DNA of 64,000 nucleotides from Candidatus Latescibacterota bacterium (GTDB taxonomy: Bacteria > Latescibacterota > UBA2968 > GCA-2709665), in contig OZ244937.1 in NCBI GenBank assembly GCA_965222075.1, positions 3,072,001 through 3,136,000 on the forward strand, in the 5' to 3' direction. The notes beneath the pieces are model-generated. The model searched no databases. It was not told the origin of the DNA and saw nothing but the letters and a program-made list of their open reading frames with translations. The first letter of the stretch is position 1. Every line of letters starts with the position of its first letter. Of this stretch, positions 9,826 to 19,134 are shown piece after piece. The translations under genes and the position numbers were made by a program.

Positions 9826-11361
9826 TCACATCCCGCCGATATCTTTGAGGACTTCCTGTGCGGCATTGTGCCCGGGCACGCCGCTCACCTCCCCCCCGGG
9901 GTGCTGCCCGGCCCCGCACAGGTAGAGTCCCCCAAGCGGCGCCCGGTACTCTGCCAATTCGGGCAGCGGCCGGTTCCAGAACAGGTGCTCGCCCGCGTGC
10001 TGGATGTGCCAGATACACCCGTCGGTCAGCCCGTTCTCCCGCTCCAGATCCAGGGGCGTGCGCAGCTTGTAGTCCCGGATCGACGCCCTGAAATTGGGCG
10101 CGTACTCCGTAATCTGGTCGATCAGCCCTTCGGCCACCGCCTCGCGCACATCGTCCCAGGTCCCCTTCCTGAGCTTTGCGGGCGCCGGCACGATCCAGAC
10201 CGAAGCGGTGTGGTAGCCCGGCTGCGTCACGGTAGGGTCCACAAAGGAGGGGATCGAAAAGCTGACCAGCGGGGCCTCCGGGGGACGCCCGGCCTCCAAA
10301 TCATCGTACGCAGCCGCGACTGCGGCCCGGGTGCGCGGAAACGTAACCGCGCCAAGGTGCGGCCGGTCGGGGTCCCCGTCCCAGTCCTTCCACTGCGGCA
10401 GCTCCGAAATCACGGCTAAAAACTTATAGCAACTCACGTGGGTAATCAGCCCCTCAATGCGGCTGCGGAGGCCGTCGTCCAAATGCCCGGAAGGCAGCAG
10501 GTTCAGAAAAGTGCGCTTGGGGTCTAAGTTGGAAACCACCACCCGGGCGCGCACCTCGGCGCCGTCTTCCAATCTGACCCCGATCACCTTCCCACCCTCC
10601 ACCAGGAACCTCTCCACCCCCCGGTTGAGGTGGACCTGTGCGCCCGCCTCATCTGCGGCCTCCGCCATCGCCCGGCTCACCGCGCCCACCCCGCCCTTCA
10701 CGTACCCATAAGGAGGCTTCTCCCCCGTCTCCTCCTCAGGGGCGTTGAGCGAAGCGTAGGCAATGCTGAGGGCTAAAGGATTGCGCCCGACCGCGGCCCG
10801 CTCCCCCGCGTACCGGTCCCTCAGCACGCCGGGAGGCAAAAATTCGTCCTGCAGGTCCAGCAGCCGGGCGCTCAACGCCTTTTCCAGCACCTCGGCCGCC
10901 GGCGTGCCGGCCACCGTTGCTCGCACCTCATCCAGCGGGGGCGGGGGGCGCAGCCGGTAGTGCGTAAAAATCTCCTGCAACGTGCGTTTAAACGCCCCGT
11001 AGCGCCGCTGCCCCTCGCGCTCCTCCCTGCTCAGGTGGACCGTGTGGTTGCGGGGCGAATCGTGGTCTTTGGGGCCGTAATACGTCCCGTCCCCCCGCAG
11101 AATCAACCCCCCTGGACGGGGAATCGCCTCCAGGCCCCGCTCGTAAAGCCGCAGGTCCCGGATGATCCTGGGATGAATCCCGTGGATCATGTGTGCGCAG
11201 GTGGAAAACTGAAACCCGGGCCACAGTTCTTCGGTAACTGCGGCTCCTCCTACAAAGGATCGGCGCTCAAACAGATGCACATCCAAACCGGTCCTTACAA
11301 GGTACGCAGCGGCCACCAGGCCGTTATGACCCGCGCCTACAACAGCGACATCTACGTCCAT
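9826..11361 (-). CDS. Phytoene desaturase-like NAD(P)/FAD-dependent oxidoreductase
   Basis: VVGAGHNGLVAA, GGA, TPLDLE and LYLCGAGQHPGGEVSGVPGHNAA; AGGAGG RBS before ATG 11361. Confidence 0.85.
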   Translation of the reverse strand: MDVDVAVVGAGHNGLVAAAYLVRTGLDVHLFERRSFVGGAAVTEELWPGFQFSTCAHMIHGIHPRIIRDLRLYERGLEAIPRPGGLILRGDGTYYGPKDHDSPRNHTVHLSREEREGQRRYGAFKRTLQEIFTHYRLRPPPPLDEVRATVAGTPAAEVLEKALSARLLDLQDEFLPPGVLRDRYAGERAAVGRNPLALSIAYASLNAPEEETGEKPPYGYVKGGVGAVSRAMAEAADEAGAQVHLNRGVERFLVEGGKVIGVRLEDGAEVRARVVVSNLDPKRTFLNLLPSGHLDDGLRSRIEGLITHVSCYKFLAVISELPQWKDWDGDPDRPHLGAVTFPRTRAAVAAAYDDLEAGRPPEAPLVSFSIPSFVDPTVTQPGYHTASVWIVPAPAKLRKGTWDDVREAVAEGLIDQITEYAPNFRASIRDYKLRTPLDLERENGLTDGCIWHIQHAGEHLFWNRPLPELAEYRAPLGGLYLCGAGQHPGGEVSGVPGHNAAQEVLKDIGGM

Positions 11362-11528
11362 TGAGTCCTCCTTTTTCAACGGTTGGAACGACCGTCCACT
11401 CCCCCGATCTCTCGCTCTTTGAAGATCCTGTGCGGCGTTGTGCACGGGCACGCCCAGGAAGTTTAGACCCTCAAGCGCTTTCCCAAATTGCAAATGGGTG
11501 CCTCTCTCAAGCGACTTAATGGCCCCGT

Positions 11529-13487
11529 TCATCTTTTAATAATGTCGAAGTGCGTTTCCAGCGTATCGTCGCCTGCTCCTCCAAAGTGCACATCGAACAC
11601 CCAGGGCGCGGGTTCGTTCGGGTACAGCGGGTTGTTGCGTAGCCATTTGTTGTCCCGGTAGAGCCGAGTTCTAACCTTCTCTTCCGAATCAAGGCGGATG
11701 ACCAGGCGGGCATTTCCCCGAACGGCCACAAAGCAGCCTTCCTCTTCAATTACCTCCACCCCGTACTCAAAGTGCCACCGGGCAACGTGCGGTCTTCCGG
11801 CATCCCCCTCTACCCGGTCCCGGACGGTCCAGCCCCTGCGGAATCGGAAGGTGACCTCACGGGACAAGGTTACGCCGGGATAGCCCTGATGGGCGCTTGC
11901 CACCCGGATGCAGTTGTGGATCTTCTGCCAGTGAGTTTGAACCGGTGTGGGTTTCGGCCCCCATCTGGAGATCAGCGATTCTATGGACCGGGCGGGCTGT
12001 CCGCCCACGAGGACCACATTGTGGGAGGTCATTGCGTAGAGATGGCCCCGGCTGGCCCTCTTTTTGGCCTGCCGATTCCGGTTGAAGTACGAATAAAGTT
12101 CGGATATCGGGGTGCCGACTACCGATTCGCCACAGACGACGAGCTGCAATGAGAGGGCATCATCGTGGGCATGGTTGGGGATGCCGGGGCCGGGGACCGA
12201 GAGGGACATGGCCGAGGCGCTGGGCGTCCAGGCATCCCGCGCGACGAAATATCCCGATACAGGATAATGAGCCGTGAGGGGCAGGTCTTTGGGCGGAGGG
12301 AGTTTCAGGGCCGGCCGATCTTCGGGCTGGAACTGTTTTTTTAACCGGAGGCGCTTCGCCACGTCAGCAGCGGTCCGGCTCTTGAGGAGGTTTGCGGCGG
12401 CACCCAGCAGATGAGCGCTCGACCGCTCATCGGAGCTGCCGTCTCCGATATCGGGTTGGGAGCCGTCCGGGAGCGTGAGCAGAGCGACCATTTCGGCGCA
12501 CTTCCTGAGCCGGGTCTTTCCTCTTTGATCCAGCAGGGGGATGCGGTTTAAGGCGGCGAGGCGCAGCGGGATCAGGAACATGTGGAGGGCAGAGATGGTG
12601 TAAGCGGCCGACCGCTCCTCGTAGCCGCCGTCGGCGAGGAAGCTGCGTTCGATGTGTCTGACGATGACGGGCCTGGCTTGGTCGACCAGTATGCGCACTT
12701 CCGGAAACTCGGGGAGCATGATGCCGAAGATCAGGGGCGCGGTTCCCCGCTCCCAGAGGTGGTGGTTGGCCGGCACATATTTGCTTTTGGCGTAGTTGCG
12801 GTACTGGATTGCGATAAACCAGAGCGATTTGAGAAGTCCGAAAGTCGTATCGAGTGGAACCTGGGGGGCGAAGGCGATGCCACCGTAGAGGGCGTCAACC
12901 CAGGCGAGCCACCGGTAGGCGGTGGTCATGGTATCGTGCCCGTCGGAATGGGACAATACGGCGGTACCGGGGTGGAATTCGGGACCTACGACTAAGGGCC
13001 AATCAGCCCGCCAGCGGTCGACGAATTCGGCGAATTTCTCGGCGTAGGTCGCACGGCCGGTTTCGGCGTATGCGATGGCCAGGTCGCGGAAGAAGTTGCC
13101 CCGTTTCAACCTGTACGGCGTGGAGGTGAGCTGTCGCATCTCCGCGGTGCGCCACTTAAGGTTCTTACCGAAGTCCCACACGCGTGAGGGGTCATCTTTC
13201 CTCAGAAGGAAGCGGTTTTCCAGTAGGGCCTCCGCCCGGCTCGGGTCTCCCATTTCACGGTCGGGCCAGGCGGAGGTGACCTTCCCGCGTTTCCCGGACC
13301 GGAGGTCAAAAAACCATCTGGGGCGCTGCCGCGTGCGAAAGTGGTCCACCAGCAGGCGCTTTGCCCCCTCCAGGTCTCCAGCATCGCGGGCGCGGCGTAT
13401 CTTCGCCAGATCGCGGCGCATAGGGTCGAGCGCGTTGAGGAAGTCGAGGTCGCTGACGGTGCATTCGTTTCTGGGAATTTTGGCCAT
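11529..13487 (-). CDS. Heparinase II/III family protein
   Basis: NHHLWE, DGGYEERSAAY, SGYFV.RD.W, HAHDDALS and HNVVLV motifs. Confidence 0.8.
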   Translation of the reverse strand: MAKIPRNECTVSDLDFLNALDPMRRDLAKIRRARDAGDLEGAKRLLVDHFRTRQRPRWFFDLRSGKRGKVTSAWPDREMGDPSRAEALLENRFLLRKDDPSRVWDFGKNLKWRTAEMRQLTSTPYRLKRGNFFRDLAIAYAETGRATYAEKFAEFVDRWRADWPLVVGPEFHPGTAVLSHSDGHDTMTTAYRWLAWVDALYGGIAFAPQVPLDTTFGLLKSLWFIAIQYRNYAKSKYVPANHHLWERGTAPLIFGIMLPEFPEVRILVDQARPVIVRHIERSFLADGGYEERSAAYTISALHMFLIPLRLAALNRIPLLDQRGKTRLRKCAEMVALLTLPDGSQPDIGDGSSDERSSAHLLGAAANLLKSRTAADVAKRLRLKKQFQPEDRPALKLPPPKDLPLTAHYPVSGYFVARDAWTPSASAMSLSVPGPGIPNHAHDDALSLQLVVCGESVVGTPISELYSYFNRNRQAKKRASRGHLYAMTSHNVVLVGGQPARSIESLISRWGPKPTPVQTHWQKIHNCIRVASAHQGYPGVTLSREVTFRFRRGWTVRDRVEGDAGRPHVARWHFEYGVEVIEEEGCFVAVRGNARLVIRLDSEEKVRTRLYRDNKWLRNNPLYPNEPAPWVFDVHFGGAGDDTLETHFDIIKR

Positions 13488-13608
13488 GTTTGGACCTCCA
13501 AGGTCGAGATCGCCGTCCAGTTCCCCTCATCTACAGAGCGGGCGCAAGGCCCTGCGCCCGCCTGGTCGGATAACCTGAACCGGTGTACTCTCCGCAATTC
13601 CCGATCCG

Positions 13609-14529
13609 TTATTTCCTATCCCGCACGCACTCAAGCGACTCTGCCATGCCCCGGATGAGCTCGGGCCCTGCGCCGTCGTCGCCCCCGATATAGTGGATGC
13701 CCTCCGCCTTTGCGCGCAGGGCGTAATTGCCCATCTCCACGCCCGGGATGATAACCGACTCTAAGAACGGCTCCCAGTTGTTGGGGCCGCTCGTGCGGTG
13801 CCCGGCAGGAACGAACGCAACCGGCGCGTCCACAGCCCGCCGCATCGCCCGCACATGAGGCCACATCATGCCCGGCTCCATCCCGCCGTTGATGCCCACA
13901 ACGTCGGCGCCGGCGTCGGCCAGGGTGCGTGCGCACTCCGCGGGCGAGGCGTTTTCCTTTTCCACGGGCTCGTCGGACTTGAACCGCTTCTTCAACCAGA
14001 TCTTTCCGTTCATGCAGGCCACCGTGGGAAGGCCGGCCTTTTTGCAGCACGCCAGCGCAAGGGTGGCCTCCTCCAGCCAGGGGAAAGACGCGCAAACCAG
14101 GAAGTCCACGCCCTCGTCCACGAGCACTCCGATCTGTTCCTCCCATTCGGCCTGCGCCCTCCCGTGCGAAGCGGCGTCCCCCGGTGTGTAGATCGCGCTT
14201 TCGCCCACGGTCCCGGCAATCAGAGCCTCGTCGCCCGCGACCTGCCTGGCCATCTGCACCGCAACGCGGTTGGCCTCTTCCACGCGGTCCCCCCACCCCG
14301 CTTTGCCCTTCTGCTCCAGGTGGGTGCGCGTGGCCCACCGGGTAAGGGTCTGCAGCACCCGGGAACCTGCGCGGAAGAAATCCTGGTGGAGCAGCCGCAC
14401 CACGTGGGGAAACTCTAAAATAGCCTTCGGCGTGCCGTAGCCGCGGAACCTCAGCTCCAGGATATATCCACCGTCGGCCAGAACGAAATTTTCTTTCAGC
14501 AGATTCAGGATATTTTTTTTGTCGGCCAT
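13609..14529 (-). CDS. Homocysteine S-methyltransferase (BHMT-like) homolog lacking the Zn-binding cysteines
   Basis: DGG, HQDFFRAGS and GVDF motifs; GINGG and GGDDG in place of GxNC and GGCCG. Confidence 0.8.
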   Translation of the reverse strand: MADKKNILNLLKENFVLADGGYILELRFRGYGTPKAILEFPHVVRLLHQDFFRAGSRVLQTLTRWATRTHLEQKGKAGWGDRVEEANRVAVQMARQVAGDEALIAGTVGESAIYTPGDAASHGRAQAEWEEQIGVLVDEGVDFLVCASFPWLEEATLALACCKKAGLPTVACMNGKIWLKKRFKSDEPVEKENASPAECARTLADAGADVVGINGGMEPGMMWPHVRAMRRAVDAPVAFVPAGHRTSGPNNWEPFLESVIIPGVEMGNYALRAKAEGIHYIGGDDGAGPELIRGMAESLECVRDRK

Positions 14530-14590
14530 CCTCATTTTCTTATCCGTTGTTCGCGGTTCGGTGGAGGGAACCCGTCCCGGTTCACAGTCG

Positions 14591-15511
14591 TCAGATCGGA
14601 TACCGCTCCCGGCCCAAAGCCTGTGCCATTGCGCGGATAATCTCGGGGCCCGCCCCGCAGCAACCGGCGATATATTCGATGCCCTCTTCTCTTGCCTTGA
14701 GCGCGTAGTGGGCCATCTCAGCGCCAGGGATGATCATGGACTCGTGCATCTGCCGGTACCCGGGCACCCGCCTCTGGAAGCCGCCCGGCATAAAGACCAT
14801 GGGCGCATCCACCGCGTTTCGCATCTCTAAGACGAGGGGAAACATCACGCCCGGTTCAATGCCGCAGTTCATCCCGACGATATCGGCGCCGTGGTCGACC
14901 ATGAAGCGCGCGCACTCCGCGGGAGGGGCGGTTTCCACCCGGTCCCACCTGACGGTCCGCTCCAGCCAGACCGTGCCGGTCATGCAGGCCACCACCGGCA
15001 GATCGGTCTTTTTACAGCATTCCAACACCAGCTTTATCTCCCCCAGTCGGTGGAATGCCTCGCAGATGAGGAAATCCACGCCCTCGTCGGCCATAATCTC
15101 GATCTGCTGGTCCCATTCGGCCTGCGCCCGGGCGCACGGATCCGGGTCGTCCAGGTCGATCTGATTGGGAGGATAGGCCGCCTGGCAGAGCGAGCCGGCC
15201 ACGAAAGCCTCGCCCTCGGCAGCCTCCTTCGCCATCCGAATCGCCGTGCGGTTCACCTCCTCCACGCGGGAAGCCCAGCCCTTTTTCCCTCGGGCGTCCA
15301 GGTAACTGCCCGTGGACCACCAGGTAAGCGCCTGCAGCACCTGCGCGCCCGCCCGGAAGAAGTCGGCGTGGATCTGGTTCAGAACTTCCGGAAATTCCAC
15401 CGTAATCCTTGGTGTGCTGTAGCCGCGGAACCCCGCTTCCGAGAGCATTCCGCCGTCACCTAAAACGAAGTCTTCTTTTACCCTGGCCAGAATATTTTTC
15501 TTATCCTCCAT
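14591..15511 (-). CDS. Homocysteine S-methyltransferase (BHMT-like)
   Basis: GDGG, HADFFRAGA, GMNCG and IAGCCG motifs intact. Confidence 0.85.
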   Translation of the reverse strand: MEDKKNILARVKEDFVLGDGGMLSEAGFRGYSTPRITVEFPEVLNQIHADFFRAGAQVLQALTWWSTGSYLDARGKKGWASRVEEVNRTAIRMAKEAAEGEAFVAGSLCQAAYPPNQIDLDDPDPCARAQAEWDQQIEIMADEGVDFLICEAFHRLGEIKLVLECCKKTDLPVVACMTGTVWLERTVRWDRVETAPPAECARFMVDHGADIVGMNCGIEPGVMFPLVLEMRNAVDAPMVFMPGGFQRRVPGYRQMHESMIIPGAEMAHYALKAREEGIEYIAGCCGAGPEIIRAMAQALGRERYPI

Positions 15512-15560
15512 TCCTTACCCTTCCCCTTTTGGACCGTCCACAGCGCCTATGGCCCCGCGT

Positions 15561-15605
15561 AAAAAAAGGCGATCAGCCGCGACCTTCCGTCGCGGCTGAT
15601 CGCCT
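15561..15605 (-). terminator. Rho-independent terminator after the PorV-like gene
   Basis: Perfect 17-bp stem AGGCGATCAGCCGCGAC, 5-nt loop, followed by a T-tract on the minus strand. Confidence 0.85.
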
Positions 15606-15660
15606 GTCCCCTCTTAACCCCCCCCATCCTCCAACTCCTTTATTCAATACAACAGCCGTC

Positions 15661-16665
15661 TCAGAACGTTCCCCCCAGCGTTACCCGGACCGGCGCGTTG
15701 AAATAGGCGCCCATATCCGTATAGGAAACATCTAAGGTAATCGTCCGGTCTCCGGCAACCGTGTAGTTCAGCCCCGCCCCCGCGCTGAAGCTGTCCGTAT
15801 CGTAGTTGAACTTGTAGCCCGCCCGCAGCGCAAAGATATTCTGAAACCACATCTCTGCCCCCACGTGGGCGCGAAGCTCGTAGTCCGTCGCAAACACAGA
15901 CTCCGCCGACAGCGTCAAATAACTGGGACCGCCCTTCTCTCCCATCGCCTCCATCGCCGCGGCCACATTGTAATTGATGGGCATAATAAACTTGCTGTCC
16001 CTGGACGTCTTATCCGGACCAAAGTGCTTCATGGCCATGCCCAGGCGCAGGCTCCTGAAGCCCGTGTGGAAATGTGTCCCCACGTCGATGCTGACAGAAC
16101 TCAGACTTTCGGTGAACAGCGTCTGGTTGATCCAGGACACCCGCGCGGCGAAGGAAAATTTGTCCGTCATCTTCAACGCGTAGACCAGGCCGACCGACAG
16201 ATCTCCGGCGTTCACCATCTCACCCGTGCCCTGCGGCTGAAAGATCGTCGTTTCCTCCATCTCCGGCGGCCGGTAGGCGACCACGCTGAGACCCAGCACC
16301 CCGCCCCGGGCCGTGCCCGTATTCCAGGCAGCCGCTCCGGAAAAGACGTGGGAGTCCGCCAGCCACCTCGTATACGACGCCGTCCAGGCCGTCCCCCGGA
16401 TGGCCGTCAGCCCCGCCGGGTTCCAGAAGATCGCGTTGATATCGTCCACCACGGCCGTATACGCGTCCCCCATCCCCACGGCCCGTGCGCCCTGGCTGAT
16501 TTTCAGAAATTGAAAACCCCCTAAGCCCACGAACGTGTGCGCGTCGGTCCGCCGCTCTGCAGTAGGGACGTCTTGAGCCGTTGCCGTGTATTGCGCCTCG
16601 CTCACGGACGACAGGAACAGAGCCCCCATCGCCACAGGCAGAAAGCCAAGAATCCACCGTTTCAT
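15661..16665 (-). CDS. PorV/PorQ-family outer membrane beta-barrel
   Basis: Signal peptide; FLKISQGARAVGMG, FWNPAGL and ALRAGY motifs; C-terminal Phe. Confidence 0.85.
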   Translation of the reverse strand: MKRWILGFLPVAMGALFLSSVSEAQYTATAQDVPTAERRTDAHTFVGLGGFQFLKISQGARAVGMGDAYTAVVDDINAIFWNPAGLTAIRGTAWTASYTRWLADSHVFSGAAAWNTGTARGGVLGLSVVAYRPPEMEETTIFQPQGTGEMVNAGDLSVGLVYALKMTDKFSFAARVSWINQTLFTESLSSVSIDVGTHFHTGFRSLRLGMAMKHFGPDKTSRDSKFIMPINYNVAAAMEAMGEKGGPSYLTLSAESVFATDYELRAHVGAEMWFQNIFALRAGYKFNYDTDSFSAGAGLNYTVAGDRTITLDVSYTDMGAYFNAPVRVTLGGTF

Positions 16666-16681
16666 CAGGTCTTCTCCTTAT

Positions 16682-19051
16682 CTACTTGATGACCATGAGG
16701 GCGCCCCTCTGGAGCTGGCCGAAATTGGGACCCGGAACGAGATTCTCCACCACCCAGATGTACACGCCTGTGGCAATCACGCCGTTCTGAGTCCACAGGT
16801 CCTGGCTATAATCATGCTCCGCTTTGGTCGACGCATCGTGAACCACGTCTGAAGCCAAATCTCCGGATGTGGTAAACACCCGGATGCGGCACTTCGACGG
16901 GATGCCCACAAAGCGAATCTTACTGGAGCCCGGATACGCATGCGCCTCATCCAGAATAAATGGATTGGGCACGGTGCGTATCTTGACGGCCATCGCCTCG
17001 GTCTGCGTGCTCGGCACGGCAAAGGGAGACTCATCGGCCCTCGTCCGCTGCGTCGATGCAGAATAGCCACCCTCCTGGCCTACCTGCACGTGACTTATGA
17101 CATGGCCCGGCAAGTCCGCCATCGAAAGCGGGTGCATGGCCGCATCGCTGGTGCCCGAAGACCAGGTCGAGTGGGGCTTGGCATACCCCCGAACGCTATA
17201 GTGGTAGAAGAACCCGGCTGCCGATCTTACATCGGTGAACCGGTAAAGCCCACCCTCCCGGCTCACCGTATAATTCGGCGCCTCCGTGCCCGTCGTTCCC
17301 GCCGGAATGTCCGCCACCAGCTCCCAGGGCCCCATGTCGAACCAGGTGGAGCGATACACCCGGTATCCCGCAATATCGGCCGAACCGAAGTCGGGGTGCG
17401 CCGAACGCTCGATCTCCGCAGGCCAGTCGACCGTCATCTGCGCAACGCCATTGCTGCCCGTCCGGAAATTCACGTCCGGCGGTGCGTCCGGAATGTCAAA
17501 GCCGTTGTCGTAGGCAAACTGTGCGGCCTCAAGGTTCTGCTTCATCGCATCCAGGCCCCTGGACAGTTCATTCTGATTGCCCTTCTGCGCCCACGTAAAC
17601 GCGTCCGTATTCCCCAGCATCTGTCCAGGGTGGCCGGCCAGATACGCCACCACGATCTTCGTCTTCTCGCCCGGTCCCAGATCGTACGGTCCGAACAGCA
17701 TCATGCTGAATTGCCCGCTCGGGTGGTCCGTGTCCGGCTCGAACCGCCGGCCGGTCCCCACGATCTCGGAGTGAATCGAAGCCGCCGTCCGAACGGCCAG
17801 AAAGGGATCCTCCTGCACGTTCGTATCGAACACCTCCCAGTAGTGCAGGGCGTATGGCTGATCCCCCTCCGGATCCACATATCCCTGGTCCCGGGCGTTG
17901 AAGGCATGGGGACCGGACTGGTTCGTAAACGCGATCGGCGCCACGCCCACGTGCGCCATCGACAGCAGCATATCCTCCGTCTGGCCGATCTTACCCCCCA
18001 CTGCCAGGGTTCCGGCCGCGAAGGCGTCTTTGTATGGGTCGCCCGTATCGTCCCAGGGCGCTACCAGGGGCTCGTCGCCGTCCCAGGTGTAAAGCAGCTT
18101 GAGACTCGGGTCGTACTGGTACCAGTCGTCCATGCCCCGGGCGTGCTCCCGCCACCAGTACTGATAGAGGTAGTGCTGCCCCGCGGCGCTCAGGCTGATC
18201 CGATCCATGAACCCGACAAAGAGGTCGCTCTGAGGGATTTCCGGCAGGTCCCGCTCCCCGTCCCCGTCCGTATCTCCGGTGTTCTCGATCACGTACTCGT
18301 CGATGAAAAAATCGTCGAAGTCCGGGTGGCTCCACCCTGAGATCCGCTCCGTAAAAGTCAGTCCCTGGGAAGTCGTCCACTTCGTGACAATGATCTCTTC
18401 GGGCCATTCGTCGAAGCTCTGGTACTCCCCCAGGTTGAAATTGTTGATGTGGATCGGCTGCCTGGAGAAAGCCTGCGCGTTGCGCTCATCTTCGATCAGC
18501 GTGGACCCGGGCCACCAGTTTCCGCCCAGGCTCGTCTCTACCACCCCATCGGCATCGCCCGCTCCATAGCCCATTTTCACCGTCGGTCGACGCTGCAGGT
18601 GGATCTCCTTCCCCAGCTTCGACAGGTCCGGATCGGCGCTGACGTCATACTGCATGGCCCGGATGTGCTCGGCCTGGGCGTCGAACCTGGGGCCCGTATA
18701 GACCACACCCCCGTCCCCCGACAGCGTCCATACGCCGTGCCCGTAGCGCACCATAAACCGTGAGGCCTCCCGGTTCTGGCTGCTCGCGGCCTGGAGCCGG
18801 GTATCTCCATAGCTGCCGGGTCCACGGGCACCGGACGGATATTCCATATATTGAGACGTACTCTGATCCACGAAATACCACCCGCCGTGAATCCCGGCAT
18901 TGTTTGCCCGGACCGACAGCATCGGGCGGTCCAGGTACTCCTTAAGGGCCTCCTGCTGGGCCCAGAGGCCGGGAACGCAGGCCAACAGACAAAACACAGC
19001 CCATGCAGCCTGCCATGCCCACTTCCAATGCTTAAGTCTCAGCCCATCCAT
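16682..19051 (-). CDS. Large secreted protein with FN3-like segment and T9SS-type C-terminal sorting-like domain
   Basis: GGAGG RBS and signal peptide from ATG 19051; GYRVYRS; C-terminus VPNPF..IRFVGIP..IRVFTTSGD..GVYIWVV..LMVIK. Confidence 0.75.
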   Translation of the reverse strand: MDGLRLKHWKWAWQAAWAVFCLLACVPGLWAQQEALKEYLDRPMLSVRANNAGIHGGWYFVDQSTSQYMEYPSGARGPGSYGDTRLQAASSQNREASRFMVRYGHGVWTLSGDGGVVYTGPRFDAQAEHIRAMQYDVSADPDLSKLGKEIHLQRRPTVKMGYGAGDADGVVETSLGGNWWPGSTLIEDERNAQAFSRQPIHINNFNLGEYQSFDEWPEEIIVTKWTTSQGLTFTERISGWSHPDFDDFFIDEYVIENTGDTDGDGERDLPEIPQSDLFVGFMDRISLSAAGQHYLYQYWWREHARGMDDWYQYDPSLKLLYTWDGDEPLVAPWDDTGDPYKDAFAAGTLAVGGKIGQTEDMLLSMAHVGVAPIAFTNQSGPHAFNARDQGYVDPEGDQPYALHYWEVFDTNVQEDPFLAVRTAASIHSEIVGTGRRFEPDTDHPSGQFSMMLFGPYDLGPGEKTKIVVAYLAGHPGQMLGNTDAFTWAQKGNQNELSRGLDAMKQNLEAAQFAYDNGFDIPDAPPDVNFRTGSNGVAQMTVDWPAEIERSAHPDFGSADIAGYRVYRSTWFDMGPWELVADIPAGTTGTEAPNYTVSREGGLYRFTDVRSAAGFFYHYSVRGYAKPHSTWSSGTSDAAMHPLSMADLPGHVISHVQVGQEGGYSASTQRTRADESPFAVPSTQTEAMAVKIRTVPNPFILDEAHAYPGSSKIRFVGIPSKCRIRVFTTSGDLASDVVHDASTKAEHDYSQDLWTQNGVIATGVYIWVVENLVPGPNFGQLQRGALMVIK

Positions 19052-19134
19052 ACAAACCTCCTCCTCTACTCCACGTTTGGAGGATCCTGGGAAAGAGCCG
19101 CGCAAATTGGTTAGGCGCGGCCCCGATTGCATGT

